Shown here one piece after another: positions 25,038 to 38,577 of a stretch of 64,000 bases of DNA. The notes under the pieces were generated by a model, which had not been told where the DNA came from, ran no database searches, and saw only the letters and a program-made list of their open reading frames with translations. Numbering within the stretch: position 1 is the stretch's first letter; each line of letters begins with the position of its first letter. The translations under genes and the position numbers were made by a program. Source of the DNA: Octopus bimaculoides (Eukaryota); contig NC_068991.1 of the NCBI RefSeq assembly GCF_001194135.2, positions 44,618,044 through 44,682,043 of the forward strand, in the 5' to 3' direction.

Positions 25038-27337
25038 CTGAATAGAAAAATGTAAAATTAAATAACTGAAGGAAAATAAGCAATGGATCCAATTAAAGCA
25101 TCTTTAGAAATATATAAATATATCAAATGTCTGTGTTTTCGAAATGTTTATACAGTATATTTTTGCAGTACATTTATTCTAGAAATGTTTCTCTACATAT
25201 TAAAGGCAATATTTTCCTTTCTGAACAAACAAATAAAAACATTTAATGAGTAGATTTCAAGTATTTCAGATCTACAAAAAGAAAGAAGGTAGTGCATATT
25301 TTCTAAAGTAATAACAAATTTACAATATTGTTAAAGTTTGTAGATTTAGATAATTTCAAATTTTGTTGGGAAATGTGAGTGTTGGGGTTCTGATCATTAG
25401 TGATTGGCAAGTTTCCTCAGACTCTGATCTTATTTGTTATTTACAAGTATTTATTAAATAATTAAGTGAATGAAATTTTGATCTCATAGTTCAAGAGCTT
25501 GTATGTGGTTACTTAAATGTAATCTGTTCAAGATAAGATAATACATATATCCTGGTTCAAATAACTGACAATAGAAGAAGAAATGAAACAGCTTGACAAC
25601 AATGAAACAGATTGACAGTGTGTTTAACTAATATATAACTGATGAATAGTTTGGTAATTTTTAATACTAAATTGAATCCTTTTACACAAGAATAATTGAA
25701 ACTATGATGAAAAGAGAGAAAATTAACAAAATAGAGTTGCTACTTGCCATGAATTGTAATAGAATTGTGGTAGCCATTTAAAACATATGTACATCATTAT
25801 ATTTGCTTTTGCTTTATTCTATAATTCCATGCTAAGAATGAATTAACAGCTAAGGTTTTCAATATAAAATGATATTTGATATTATGAGCACTATTTTGAA
25901 ACAGAAAAGAGTAATAAACTCACAGACATTGACCAATAGTATTTTTTCTGTCTAAATACTTGTGGTATTTAATGCCATTTTAGTATTATACATTAAGTAT
26001 CACAGCTTTTATATACACCTATGACCTGGTCACTGATATTCTATTCTAGAGTATGTATTAGAAGTCATTTGTTGGTCAGGTCCTGATAGGCTATGGAGGA
26101 GGTTCGTTTGTTTTTATATTCTTCTATTCTTTTATTTTCTGTCTCATTACCTATTGGTGAACATACACTTTACAGTATTATAGAAAAGAGCATCATTCAC
26201 TTGGCCATAGATGCACAATGAAAAATTTGATAATTAATAATACATAAAACTATTACAAAATAAAAGGGAGTGAGAGTATCAATGTATTTTAAATAGTTAC
26301 ATGGCTCTACCATGAAGCAAGTGTTTCAGTTTCAATACAAGATCTCTAAAACAAATCTTTTGTTAAATAAGTACTTCACAATTAATTTTGTTATAAAATT
26401 CAATAATCTAATACATTTATAGATAAAGTAAAACTGTAATGCTGATCAATTAAGCTATAGTGTAAGTTTTTAAAATTTCCAAATATTTTCAGTAAGATTA
26501 CAATATTTCAGGCTGGATTCAAATCCAGCTTTCTACGATGTACATATCCAATAACAAAAGACCTGATGAGTGGAGATCTAATTGAAACATATTGTAGAAA
26601 TATTGTTGATACAAATACTGAAAATGCTTCATCTTTTAAAGATGGAGTTAATTATCTGAAAAATTATCTTGTTAACAGCAAGTAATCTCAGATGTTTAGG
26701 CATTTAATTTTCACTAAACTTAAGTTTCTGTTTGATATGCTATGAAACTAATCACTTTCCCTATCATATCACAATGTTGCATGAGACTAGTGTATTTTCT
26801 TCTTTTAGATAGCACTGAAAAAAACAGACGAATCAGTCTCAAATATAAACAGGCATATTGCAAGCAGAGCTGTCTTAGCAGCATTGTAGGCCTCTGGGCA
26901 AACCATGTACAGGGCCCTATGATATTTATTTACTGACAAGGCAAAGCATAACTAGATCAGAATTGGACTGCTAGACCTGTGGGGCCCCTGGGAAATTGCC
27001 CAATGTGCTCATGCCTAAAAACTACACTGACTGCAAGTAGTCATTTCTTCCACAGTATGAATTGATCTTGGTGTATTGAGCCAATGAATTATTTGTCAAG
27101 TTGCAGAAGTGAATTATATCTCAATATACCTATTTAGATTTGTGTAAATTTAATAATTGAGAGTTAGGTATCTTGGACACAAACTCATGCATTATTAGTG
27201 AAACAATCTGAACTGTGGACCAATCAACTGGTTGTTTCATACCGATTGAATTGATCATCCATTTTCTCAGATATACCAGTAGAGAGGAGAAAAAGAGCAC
27301 ACAAAAAAGTGCAGTATATATTTTATGTTCCTCTTAC

Positions 27338-27541
27338 CTTTATTTAAAACATGTTCCATCCACTCTTCATCTGTAATATTCTCATTATCCACAATATTTT
27401 TAATACACTTGCTACGTAATGTTCCTTGGTAGAGTTGCATACCAATTAGTGCAAAGATGGACAACATGAAGCACGTAAGTATCATTACATCTCTTAACCG
27501 TCTGACGGCTTCTAATAAGGCACCCACGATTGTTTTTAAAC
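27338..27541 (-). CDS. Nav1: Nav alpha subunit coding exon 6 (domain I S4-S5 linker, S5)
   Basis: (G)[67 protein letters not shown]; acceptor gttcacag, donor gtaaga; 204 nt. Confidence 0.97.
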
Positions 27542-27749
27542 CTGTGAACACAAATAAATAAGTAAATTAGTAATTTGTACAAAGCATTTCTATTTTACCT
27601 TATCTACCAGTCACCACTGAAGAAGAATAGAAATGAGTAAAAGGTAAACAACAAAGTAAACAAAAATTATTGCTGTGGAATAAGGGAGCTCTTCTTTAAG
27701 CTAGAAATGAATAGGAATATAAGTCCCCATATCAACAGAGTAAAATGAT

Positions 27750-30700
27750 GGCACTCTAAATGTATGCACATTGAAAGGTAGGTCTAGCGAGATTGTAGAG
27801 ATGCTTGAATGGAGACGTGTTGATGTATGTTGCGTACAAGAGATAAGATGAGGAGGAGCTTCAGCCAGAGTCCTCACAGGCAAAGTACATAGGTATAAAC
27901 TCTTGAGGGTAGGTAATAGTGATGGAATAGGGGATGTGGGCATACTTCTTGCAGAGAAATGGGTGGATAAGGTCATAGAGGTAGTGAGGGTGTGCGATAG
28001 AGTACTTAAACTCAGGCTAGTCTTGCAGAATAGTATAGCTACAATTATCTCTGCCTACGCCCCACAAGCAGGCCTACCAAATGAACAGAAGGATCACTTT
28101 TATGATATTCTTCTGCAGGCTACTTCAAAGATGAGTCACAATGATCTCATCTTTAAGGCTGGAGATTTCAATGGGCATGTTGGACAGCAATCTGGTATCT
28201 TCCAAGGTGTACATGGGGGCCATGGAGTTGGTACCAGAAATGAAGAGGGAACTAGGCTCCTGGAGTTCTGCAATGCAAATAAGCTATTGATCTGCAACAC
28301 CAACTTCAGGAAGCCAGCTAGCCACCTGATAACCTATCAATCTGGTGACTCTGCTAGCCAGATCGATTTCATTCTCACCAGATAGTGGGATGCATGGTTG
28401 CTCTTAAATACAAAGACCCTCCCTGGTGAAGAATGCACCCCCACAACATAGACTAGTTATTAGTGACTTTAGACTTGAGGCCAGAAGGATGCCAAAAAGC
28501 AGACCAATCTGGAAAAGGACTTGTAAGCTTAGGAACCCTACACATGGTCAGAGATTTAGGGATACCCTTACTGAGAAATTTGATGATAGGGAGGAGGAGC
28601 TACAGTCTTGTGACATAGAAGGCAGCTGGGAATTCTTTGCGAGACAGCTTGCTGAGTGCCACAGACCAAATCTGTGGCTGGTGCAATGTCCCTTCCAGAC
28701 CCAGGGTAACATGGTGGTAGAACAATACCGTAGACAGGGCCATTAGATGAAAGAAACAAGTTTGGAATGCCTGGAAGAGTGGGGGTAGCAGGAAAATGTA
28801 TCAGGTAGCCAAAAGAGAAGCTAAGAGACAGGTATATATAGCCAAGGGAGTAGCAGAAAGGAAGAAGTTTGCCTATGTTCAGCGATGTGAGGACCAAAGA
28901 CCTGAAGTATTTCAGATTGCAAGATAGTGTGTGAGAGAAAACCATGATGCCATAGGAGAGATGGATGATGGTGTCCTTACGTTTAATGATTCTGCAAAGA
29001 AAGAGGTTTGGAGATGCCATTATGAAAGACTGCTGAATGGGAGAATGAATGGGAGGAGGAGAGTCTGCCAAAGGTTGACCCAATTGAGGAACCAGCTATC
29101 CAAATCAACAGTACCCAGGTAGATAAAGCAATTAAGGATATGAAGACAGGGAAAGCACCTGGCCCATCAGGAATCACTGCTGGGATGCTTAAAATATCAG
29201 GCGGTGTGGGTTATGTTCCTGTGCCCCGCATCATAACTCAGGTAGTTAATGAAGGAGTCATACCCAATGACTGGTGTAGCAGCACCATAGTCAACTGCTA
29301 CAAGGGGAAAGGTGATGTTTTAGACAGAAATAACTACAGGGGTATCAAATTATTGGACCAGGTTATGAAAGTTACAGAAAGAGTCATAGCCCAACTAATT
29401 AGGGAGAGAGTTAGCCTAGATGAGATGCAGTTTGGTTTTGTGCCAGGCAGAAGCACCACTGATGCTANNNNNNNNNNGCCTAGATGAGATGCAGTTTGGT
29501 TTTGTGCCAGGCAGAAGCACCACTGATGCTATATTTCTGGTAAGGCAGCTGCAGGAGAAATACCTAGCCAAAGACAAACCCCTGTACTTGGCTTTTGTTG
29601 AATTGTAGAAAGCCTTTGACAGGGTCCCCCGATCCCTTATCTGGTGGTCAATGCGGAAACTAGGGATAGACGAGTGGCTGGTAAGAGCTGTACAAGCCCT
29701 GTACAGGGATGCTGTCAGTAAGGTGAGGGTTGGCAATGAGTATAGTGAAGAATTCCGAGCAGAAGTAGGAGTTCACCAAGGATCAGTCCTCAACCCCTTC
29801 TTATTCATCATAGTCCTCCAGGAATCCAAGACAGGTTACCACTGGGAGCTCATCTATGCTGATGACCTTGCTCTAAGAGCTGAGTCACTGCCAGAACTGG
29901 AGATGAAGTTTAGGGTGTGGAAGCAAGGTCTAGAATCAAAGGGCATTAGGGCTAACCTAGCAAAAACCAAAGTGTTAGTAAGTAAGAAGGCTGTCAAATC
30001 ACAACCTGCTTCAGACAGATGGCCCTGCTCAATCTGTAGAAAAGGCGTGGGTAGAAACTCCATACAATGTACATGGTGTAAGCTATGGACACATGAAAAG
30101 TGCAGCAATATCAAAGGAAGGTTAATTAGGAAAATAATTTTTGTGTGTGGCAGATGCACTGGGGCAATAAACACTGAAGACATACAGAAAATGGATTTCA
30201 TCACATGCCACGGGGAGAAACTAGAAGTAGTTAATAGCTTCCACTACCTAGGTGACCAAGTCTGTAGTGGGGGTGGCTGCTCTGAGAGTGTAGCGACTAG
30301 AGTAAGAATAGCCTGGGAAAAGTTCAGGGAGCTCCTACCTCTTCTGGCAACTAAGTACCTCTCGCTCAGGGTGAAAGGTAGACTGTATGATGCATGTATG
30401 CGAACTGCCATGCTACATGGCAGTGAAACATGGGCCATGAATCCTGAGGACATGCATAGGCTTGAAAGAAATGAAGCTAGTATGATTCGCTGGATGTGTA
30501 ATGTCAGTGTGCATACATGACTGAGTGTAAGTGCCCCGAGAGAAAAGTTGGGTATAAGAAGCATCAAATGTGGTGTGTAAGAGAGGCATCTATGCAAGTA
30601 TAGTCATGTGTTTACATATGAATGCAGACAGCTGTGCGAGGAAGTGCCACTCCCTAACTGTGGAAGGAACCTGTGGAAGAGGTAGACCCAGGAAGACATG

Positions 30701-31265
30701 GGATAAGGTGGTGAAGCAATGACGGGAGACTGGGACCTTTAGAGATATGCTGTGATTGAAAAGACCCAGCAACTAAATTGAGATTGCGGCTATGAATGTT
30801 TGGCCCTGTTAAGAATACCCCTGATGCGTTGGGTGATATGATATGCTTGAGAAGACCTGTGGAGTGAAGTAAAACCAATATCATAGCTGTGGCCAGTGCC
30901 CGCTGACTGGCTTCTGTGCTGGTGGCACGTAAAAAGCACCATCCGAACGTGGTCGATGCCAGGTCCGCCTGACTGGCTCCCGTGCCGGTGGCATGTAAAA
31001 AGCACCAACCGAATGTAGCTGATGCCAGGTCTACCTGACTGACTCCCATGCCGATGACACATAAAAAGCACCAACAGATTGTGGCCGATGCCATTACTCC
31101 CGACTGCCTCTAGTGCTGGTGGCATGTAAAATGCACCATCCGAACATGATCAATGTCAGGCCCGCTTGACAGGCTCCTGTGCCGGTGGCTCCTGTACTGG
31201 GTGCCCTTCCTAACGTCAACCACTCCAAGAGGAGTGGTTGGCATTAGGAAGGGCATCCAGCTATT
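27750..31265 (+). mobile_element. Near full-length decayed RTE-clade LINE (AP endonuclease and reverse transcriptase), antisense to Nav
   Basis: EN motifs (VDVCCVQE, ISAYAPQ, GDFNGHVG, SQIDFILTR) at 27760-28385; RT motifs (KAPGPSG, NYRGIKLL, QFGFVPGRST, GVHQGSVL, YADDL) at 29140-29900; C-terminal RGRPRKTW; RTE 3'UTR. Broken by stops and frameshifts. Confidence 0.95.
30916..31190 (+). repeat. 66-bp minisatellite (about 4.2 units) in the RTE 3'UTR
   Basis: Units start at 30916, 30982, 31048, 31113 and 31179 (gtgc.ggtggca.gtaaaaagcacca..cga..gtgg.cgatgcca..). Confidence 0.9.
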
Positions 31266-31522
31266 TAATTGTAAATATGCATGTATATTTACATATTTAT
31301 GCATAAATGTATTTACATATTCAGATTTATAGAATGTGTTCAATCTTATCATGTCATATACAATCTATCATAAAGAGAAACTACATCAATCAAAATACAT
31401 ATATATTTACAAAGGGTATGTATATCAACTCTAACTCACTCTTCATCATCTCATTATCTTCACATATAAGGAAAAAAGTGGTTTAAAGGGAGGTGGGTTG
31501 ATATTCAATGAGGTTCACATAC

Positions 31523-31614
31523 CTGGAATCACTGCGACAGTTTTTAGGGCTCGAAGCACCCTGAATGTTCGTAAAGCTGATAGATTACCCAGATCAACTA
31601 CTTCTGTCAAGTAT
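31523..31614 (-). CDS. Nav1: Nav alpha subunit coding exon 5 (domain I S3-S4 voltage sensor)
   Basis: (A)[30 protein letters not shown](G); acceptor tttgtttag, donor gtatgt; 92 nt, the same size and phase as vertebrate SCN exon 5. Confidence 0.97.
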
Positions 31615-31741
31615 CTAAACAAAAAAATATAGAAACCTTTATATTATAGTTATAAATATAATCCATTGTCGATTGTCATTATAATACACACACACACACA
31701 CACGCACAATGTACCACAGATACATATATACACACATAATA

Positions 31742-31803
<62 letters not shown>

Positions 31804-32517
31804 TGCATGTGTGTGTGAGTATGTATGTACGTATTATGTATGTATGTATGTATGTATGAAATTAATGGAATAACAAAGAAACAAAAATTACATAACCAAC
31901 TTCATTAGCTTACAGCTGTTTCTGCTGTAGGATGTAGTGCACTCAGAGCTGAGTGGTCATGCATCATCTTATAGCTTCCTTAGAATCTTTAAAATCGACT
32001 GTATATTCATTTGGAAAATATCACTCAAAAAGGTAAAAATACATAAGATATGGTGTGTAGAGTTTGTAGGATAGAAGCTGCTCTCAGAAAATATCCAGAT
32101 TTAAAATAATCATATGTATATACACAGGCACACTATGAACCCATATATAAATATTCATACACATACAGAAATATACAGAGAATATACATGCTAATACACA
32201 TTCAAACAGGTGCATATGAGTGACAGTCAGAATCCAGGTAGAAAAAAAATCTACGGAGACTGATAGAAGGGGAACGAATCTAAGCCTAAAGAAAAAAATA
32301 TTGTGATAACCTTAGAGAGATAAAGAAATGGTGTGGTAAATTTGTAAATTTATCAACAAGTTAGTTGCCCATCACAAGCTAGATTGATGACAAACAGGCT
32401 AGTACAATATAGAAACATATACACAACAAACATTTACATATATTTACATATAGAAACATACATAGACAGACAGGCAGACAGACAGAAAGACAGACACACA
32501 CACACACACGCACACGC

Positions 32518-32571
<54 letters not shown>

Positions 32572-33988
32572 TATACATATCTATATCCTGCTCTTCTCAT
32601 GGTAAGGGAGTTAAACACTGGTTAATAAAATATACATAATTTAACGTATCAGATTTCTTCATTCAACATATTGAATTGTTTTTTCTATCATTAATTATGA
32701 TATCTATTATCCATTATTACTATATTCGTCTCATCACTGGGCCTTATAATTTCACTCTGCTAGAACCTAGTAAAATCTGTTTACTTATTTATTTCCAAAG
32801 GGAATACACTTTCACTAATACGTCATATTTTAAATTTTGATATTTTAATATTATTTGCTTCTATAGCTAGCACCATTGTAACCAATTGTACCCTAAATCT
32901 CCCCTTACTGCTAGCTTCTAGTCATATCAAACTCACTGTTGTAAGGGATGTCATTTGAGAAATTCATTATCTTTTACAACCACTTTACTACCATCTAAGT
33001 CCCACCTCCCATTCTTGCTATCTGATGACTCTGGTTATCGCTAGTGGTCAACAATAAGATATAACTAACTGACATCTGCTACATATCTCTCTGATGATGG
33101 ACTACCCAACTTATGGGAAAAAATCTGTCCATCTTTACACTTGCTACCCCTAATTTCTTTGGATAAGAATACCCCTTACTTGTCTTTGCACTCACTCCCT
33201 CTAATTTCCCTGGACAGGAATAACCTCCATTACACTGATTAGTATATATCTAGTACAAAGCTCTTATCTACCTATCTTTCTTACACCAGAGTGTTTTATT
33301 TATTCCCCCCCCCCCCAATTTCTCTGGACTAAATACCCTGCTATACTGAATAGTATATATCTATTACAAAGCTCTTATCTATCTGTCTTTCTCACACCAG
33401 AATATATTATTTATTCCTCCTCTCAGTATTTGTCTAACTTAGAACTGCTAGCATTCATTTATCCCTACTATGGAGTACTATCTAACCATTTTTTTCTTTC
33501 ACCATGGATTACTATCTAACCATTTTTTCTGACATAACTGGATCTAACTGAATCTTTCCTCCTTCTTGGACATAATGAACCACAACAACTATCATTGATG
33601 AGGAACTTTCTTCCACTATCACTATCTAACCTATATCTCTCTGATGATGGACTACCCAACTTATGGAGTTTTCACTCAACACAATGTTCCAATAGCTGGG
33701 ATATCTCAGAAACAGCTGTCAGAAACTATTTTTTCTGCCATTCATTATGTAGATAGATTAAATTAGATTATATTAAATGTCCTTGTCAAGTCTTACCTAA
33801 TTGTTTGCCTTTCCTCACTACTTTAACCTATGCCTACTGACTCAAGAGGAAGCCACTTCTCACTGTTTTGAACAGCTTCAACTGCTGTTCAAACTGGAAT
33901 GTTAGTGGAACACCTATTTGAACACTCAGAATGCATATCTATTAGTTTGAGTCACTCTGACAAAAACTCTTCCCATCCTTTATGTATA

Positions 33989-34853
33989 TGTGGTCTGATC
34001 AATAAGTATCCAGATTGTTACTGTAGTAATGAAGTTAAAGCACGGAGAGTGAAGCCACTCGGTACAGAGTGACCGTGAACTCTGTTGTGCATGCACACTA
34101 AGATTTAACGTTTCAACTCACTTTCACTGTTTACAGCAGTGTTTGGAAGGAAGGTGTGTAGCGTGTAATCATTGCATTGACTATGACAGAGAAAATTGAG
34201 CAGAAAATCAGCATCAAATTTTGCCAAAAGCTTGACGATATCTCCTCAGAGGCCTATGCAAAATTTTCAAGAAGTTTTCATCATTCTCAACACAATCAAG
34301 AAGATCTCATGCAACTGAAACTCGACTGTCTTTTTGGTCAGCTGAAAGCAATTTTGGCACAAACTTGGCAGACACGCATCTCATGCCCAAATCTTCAGTG
34401 ATAATAGATTAAACTGAGCCATAACTAATCTGCACATCCTCTGATAACACAAAGATGGTGACTTGATGATTTTCCCCTCACAGCGGGACACACATCTGCA
34501 ATGTTTCTCTCAGTTCCACTGGTTGTGTGTCTCCCAGAACGTTCATCAATATCAACATTTTTTTGGTCATCTTCGTGACGTCTTGTGTGCGGCTCATACA
34601 CTTCCTGCAACTTTGTATAGGCCTCTGAGCAGGTATCGCCATGACAACTTTCTCTGTCATGGTCAATGCGACAATCACATGCTACACGCCTTCCTTCCAA
34701 GCACTGTTGTAAACAGCGGAGGTGAGCTAGAATGTTAAAATTTAGTGTGCATGCACAGCAAAGTTCAAGGTCAATCTGTGCCAAGCAGCTTCACTCTGCA
34801 TGCTTTAGCTTCGTTACTATGGTAACAATCCGAATACTTATTGATCAGGCCTC

Positions 34854-34854
<1 letters not shown>
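33989..34854. mobile_element. Mariner-derived foldback element with long inverted arms
   Basis: Left tgtggtctgatcaataagtatccagattgttac..aagttaaagca vs right tgctttagcttcgttactatggtaacaatccgaatacttattgatcaggcctcg. Inverted homology continues about 270 bp into a transposase start (MTEK) on each arm. Confidence 0.85.
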
Positions 34855-34907
<53 letters not shown>

Positions 34908-35104
34908 CACATACATCTATGTACATCTATGTAAATCTAATGTATCTCATGTCTATGACTATATCTATATAAGTATGTCTCTCTATCTAGGTATCTACCC
35001 ATATATTTATGTATTGTTGCACTGTTATTTACATTTATATTTCATATTTATATGTATTTATGTACACGCACACAACATACACATATGTATGTCTTTATGT
35101 CTCA

Positions 35105-35300
35105 TCATCATAATAATTTAATGTACATTTTCTATGCTGGCATGGGTTAAATGGTTTGACAGAATCTGGCAAGCTGCAGGGCTGTGCCAAGTTCCAGTGT
35201 CAGCTTTGGTATATTTTCTACAGCTCCTAAAACCAACAATCTTACAATCTGTACTGGGTGCTTTTTTTGTGCTACCAGCACTAGTGATGTTGCCAAGTAA
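35105..35300 (-). mobile_element. Short RTE 3'-tail copy (same family also at 39750-40135 -, 47297-47660 -, 53330-53495 +, 55020-55215 +)
   Basis: (CAT)n followed by ttta..gtcc..tt.catgctggcatggg.t; matches the 3' end of the RTE at 20800-20973. Confidence 0.75.
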
Positions 35301-36746
35301 CTTCTAAAACAGAAAAGGGAAATTTCCTCATGACTAAGAGGAGTGGGGCTAGATTTAAGAAAGAAATATTAGTGTTTGACACCCCTATGGTAACTTGGAT
35401 TAATATTAAAGAATGTACTTCTGCTCATCTAAAAAAAGGTGTAGATGTCTCCAATTTGGCATTTAGATACACTCCAGTCTGCTTCTTTTGCTGCTATTAC
35501 TGTAAAACTGTATTTCTTAAACAGTTTCCATTTGATATTGTAGTCTACAACCTTCTTCAACTGCTGTATATGCTTGGCCAGTGTAGTGATTTATGCATGT
35601 TGTAACTCTGGTTTTGAGTTCTACCTCATATACAATGGTGTCTTTGTTACAGAGACTATTGAGCAAACTAGTGATGATATTCCCACAAGAATAACTAATT
35701 TAAGAACTAGGATGGGCTTATGCAAAAGGATACTTCTCATGTTAGCTTTGGATTGGAAAAACTTTACATGTGTGTCTATTGAATAGCTTTCTGCACTTGT
35801 GTATGTGAGGAAAATATTTATCAACTAACTTAAGGAAGGCTTACCTATGGTAGGTTTAATATTTAGAGAGAAAGTGAGTGTAAAGCAAAAAACTTCGTGG
35901 TACTGTTGTCTTTTAGGTGAGTTTAGGCTGAATGTGTAAGTGATCTCCTTCAGTTTATATATATATATTGTTCATGCATCATTATGCATAGCTGGATGGT
36001 TTTGTATTTGAATTGCCAGAATAGTTTCTTGTTTTACTGTTAGATATTATTTCCAGTATCAAAATCTAAAAATGTAAAGCTGGCTATATTCAGTTCATCA
36101 ATTGGCATGGTTTTAAAACATCAACTCTTGGATCAATAATTCAGCTCAAATCTGGAGCTTAACTCAATTTCCAAAATGTCAAGTGTTGGGAGTAACATTT
36201 CCTCTTAGATAAATAGCTAGTCTAATTCTGCTTTCTTACCCAAAGATAGGGTTCAGCACCAACAATTAAAAATTGCAAGTAATCAACTGTAGCATTACAT
36301 TCAATTAGTTCAATGCACTAAAACTGTCAAACCTGTCAATTTTGTTAACCTGATATTTATTTGAATATAAAGGGTGAGACACAAAGCTAAGCTCAGTGGA
36401 ATTTGAACTATAGAAAGTTAGATTCCAAACAAGTCAGCAAATACTGACAGTAATTTTTTATCCTTCAAAAAAACAAAAAAAAAAGAAGACAAAAAACCTA
36501 AAAGCTTTTTTCTGTGCTAGAAGAAATCAAATTAATGCATACACACAAAAAAAAAAAAATAATAAATAAATAAAAGAAACAAGAAGGCAATTTTGCTTCT
36601 ACTGAAAATAGATTTTGCTTTAAAAAATATTTATTTGATATCTTATAATATCACTGCCTATTGTAGCATAAATGAATTATTTAAATCTAAAATAGAAAAG
36701 AAAAAAGTATCTTTTTAAGTGTGAAAACATTTAAAAAATGACTTAC

Positions 36747-36875
36747 GCTAAACCAATGACTACGAAATCCAACCAATTCCAGGCATCTCTGAGGTATGTG
36801 AAGGGTTCTAAGATAAATCCTCGGGCAAACAATTTTATTAATGCCTCACATGTGTAGATTCCGGTAAATACATAT
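36747..36875 (-). CDS. Nav1: Nav alpha subunit coding exon 4 (domain I S2-S3)
   Basis: (E)[42 protein letters not shown](A); acceptor tttttctag, donor gtaagt; 129 nt. Confidence 0.97.
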
Positions 36876-38039
36876 CTAGAAAAATTCAACAAAAGAATAT
36901 ATGTTTATTTTGTTAAAGAATAAGAGATTTCAGAATATTAGAGAAATGAAATTCCAATGATTAGAGTCAATGATTTTTATAATGAAAGTAGAAGAAAACC
37001 AATTTCTGCTTGTGTTTCAGGCAAAGCAGATATAATATACACTCTTAATATCTCTTTATAATTGCATTGTTTTTATCTTTTCTAAAAATTTCAGTTCGTA
37101 GTAGTGGATAATATTTCAATAACAGAAAAAATTCAGAAACAGTTTTGGAAGGATTTGATATGGAAATTGTGAACCATTCAACTGCTATGTGAAACTTTAG
37201 TTGACACCTTTATTTCCAGTTGCTTTTTATTTACTCTACGGGGAAAAAAAAAGAGAAAAAAAAAAACTAGTGCTTCAGCTTAAATATTTTGTTATTATAT
37301 GACATAAGATTACACATTGTCATATGAACATTCAATTTGTTCAGACACATTTTTGCTTCTTTTCTTAGAAGACATATTTTTATTGTTTGGCACCTTTACT
37401 ACCTCAAATCCCTTAATCTATTTCTAATTAAACAGAATGGGACATGTGAACATAATTTGTAAATATAGTTGAGAATTCAGTAAGAGATCTGGATTGAGGG
37501 ATAAAAATAGGATGAGAGATAAAACAATAATGCTAAGGCTCTTTTCCTCTCATATAACTGTCAATTTCTTGGGCTCCAAGTGGCTAACTGTTTTCCTTAT
37601 TCTTTAAGCTTGCTCTATGTAAATGAGTGACTATAGAAAAGGATGAACATTAAAATTATCAAGTTAGGATACTGGTTTCACAAACTAAGGCAATAATTTG
37701 GTACTTATCATTTAATAAATACTCTTATTGTAAACACATTGTAACCCATGATAATGCATATTCCTATGAGGCATACTTAAATCACTGGCCAAGTGTTTTC
37801 AGTTTTTCCTTATATGCATTATACTATTTTTATACATAATTATATTATTATGATTTTTACTGCAATGTTAATAGTTAAGTAATTAATAGAAAAAAGTACT
37901 TCTAGTAAGAAAATTGATTTCATGGCTGTATCAAAATTGTTGAAAATATCATGACCAGTTACAATTAAGTGTTACAATGAATATCTAGGCATAAGAATGA
38001 AGAATATTGTTTAACATAGTTAAAAAATAGAGAACAATT

Positions 38040-38255
38040 AAAACTCCCTTTGGTCATGAATGACCATGGGATTGCATCTAAAAAGTTCCCCTCTGAGGCA
38101 CAAGTCAGGGTAAGGTTGTTTATAGAAGACCAGCAGTCACCCATGCATATCAGCATCTCCTCTCCACACCAATGATGTTATCCAGTGATGTTACAACTCA
38201 TTTCTACAACTGAGTGAACTGGAGCAACATGAAATAAAGTGTCTTGCTCAGAAAA
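38040..38255 (-). mobile_element. SINE fragment
   Basis: Reverse strand reads tgagcaagacactttatttcatgttgctccagttcactca, the same core as the SINE at 10740-10770. Confidence 0.6.
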
Positions 38256-38530
38256 AACTAATACAGTAACAACATTTTTTTTTATTGAGCACTATCTTAT
38301 CCATATTATTACAAGTGTGGTGATAATTAAATGAAATAATTCATATATGTACATGTATGATATTTTTTTATATATTTGACATTTTTTTCAAATATTTGAT
38401 ATTTTTAAAATCAAATATTTGATACTTTTTTGCACAATGTGAGAATAATTAAATGGAAATATTAGTATTCCTAAATAATTCTCAGCCTATGAATTGAACC
38501 TGAGTTATTTTAATGTATGATAAACAGACA

Positions 38531-38577
<47 letters not shown>

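Noticed and set aside
29414-29531. Exact ~54-bp tandem duplication in the RTE RT (gcctagatgagatgcag...gatgcta)
   Set aside because: The copies flank a short N-gap; this is a typical scaffolding overlap artefact.
30916-31190. CRISPR-like array
   Set aside because: Eukaryotic context, whole units are homologous (no unique spacers), no cas genes, and it lies in a LINE 3'UTR.
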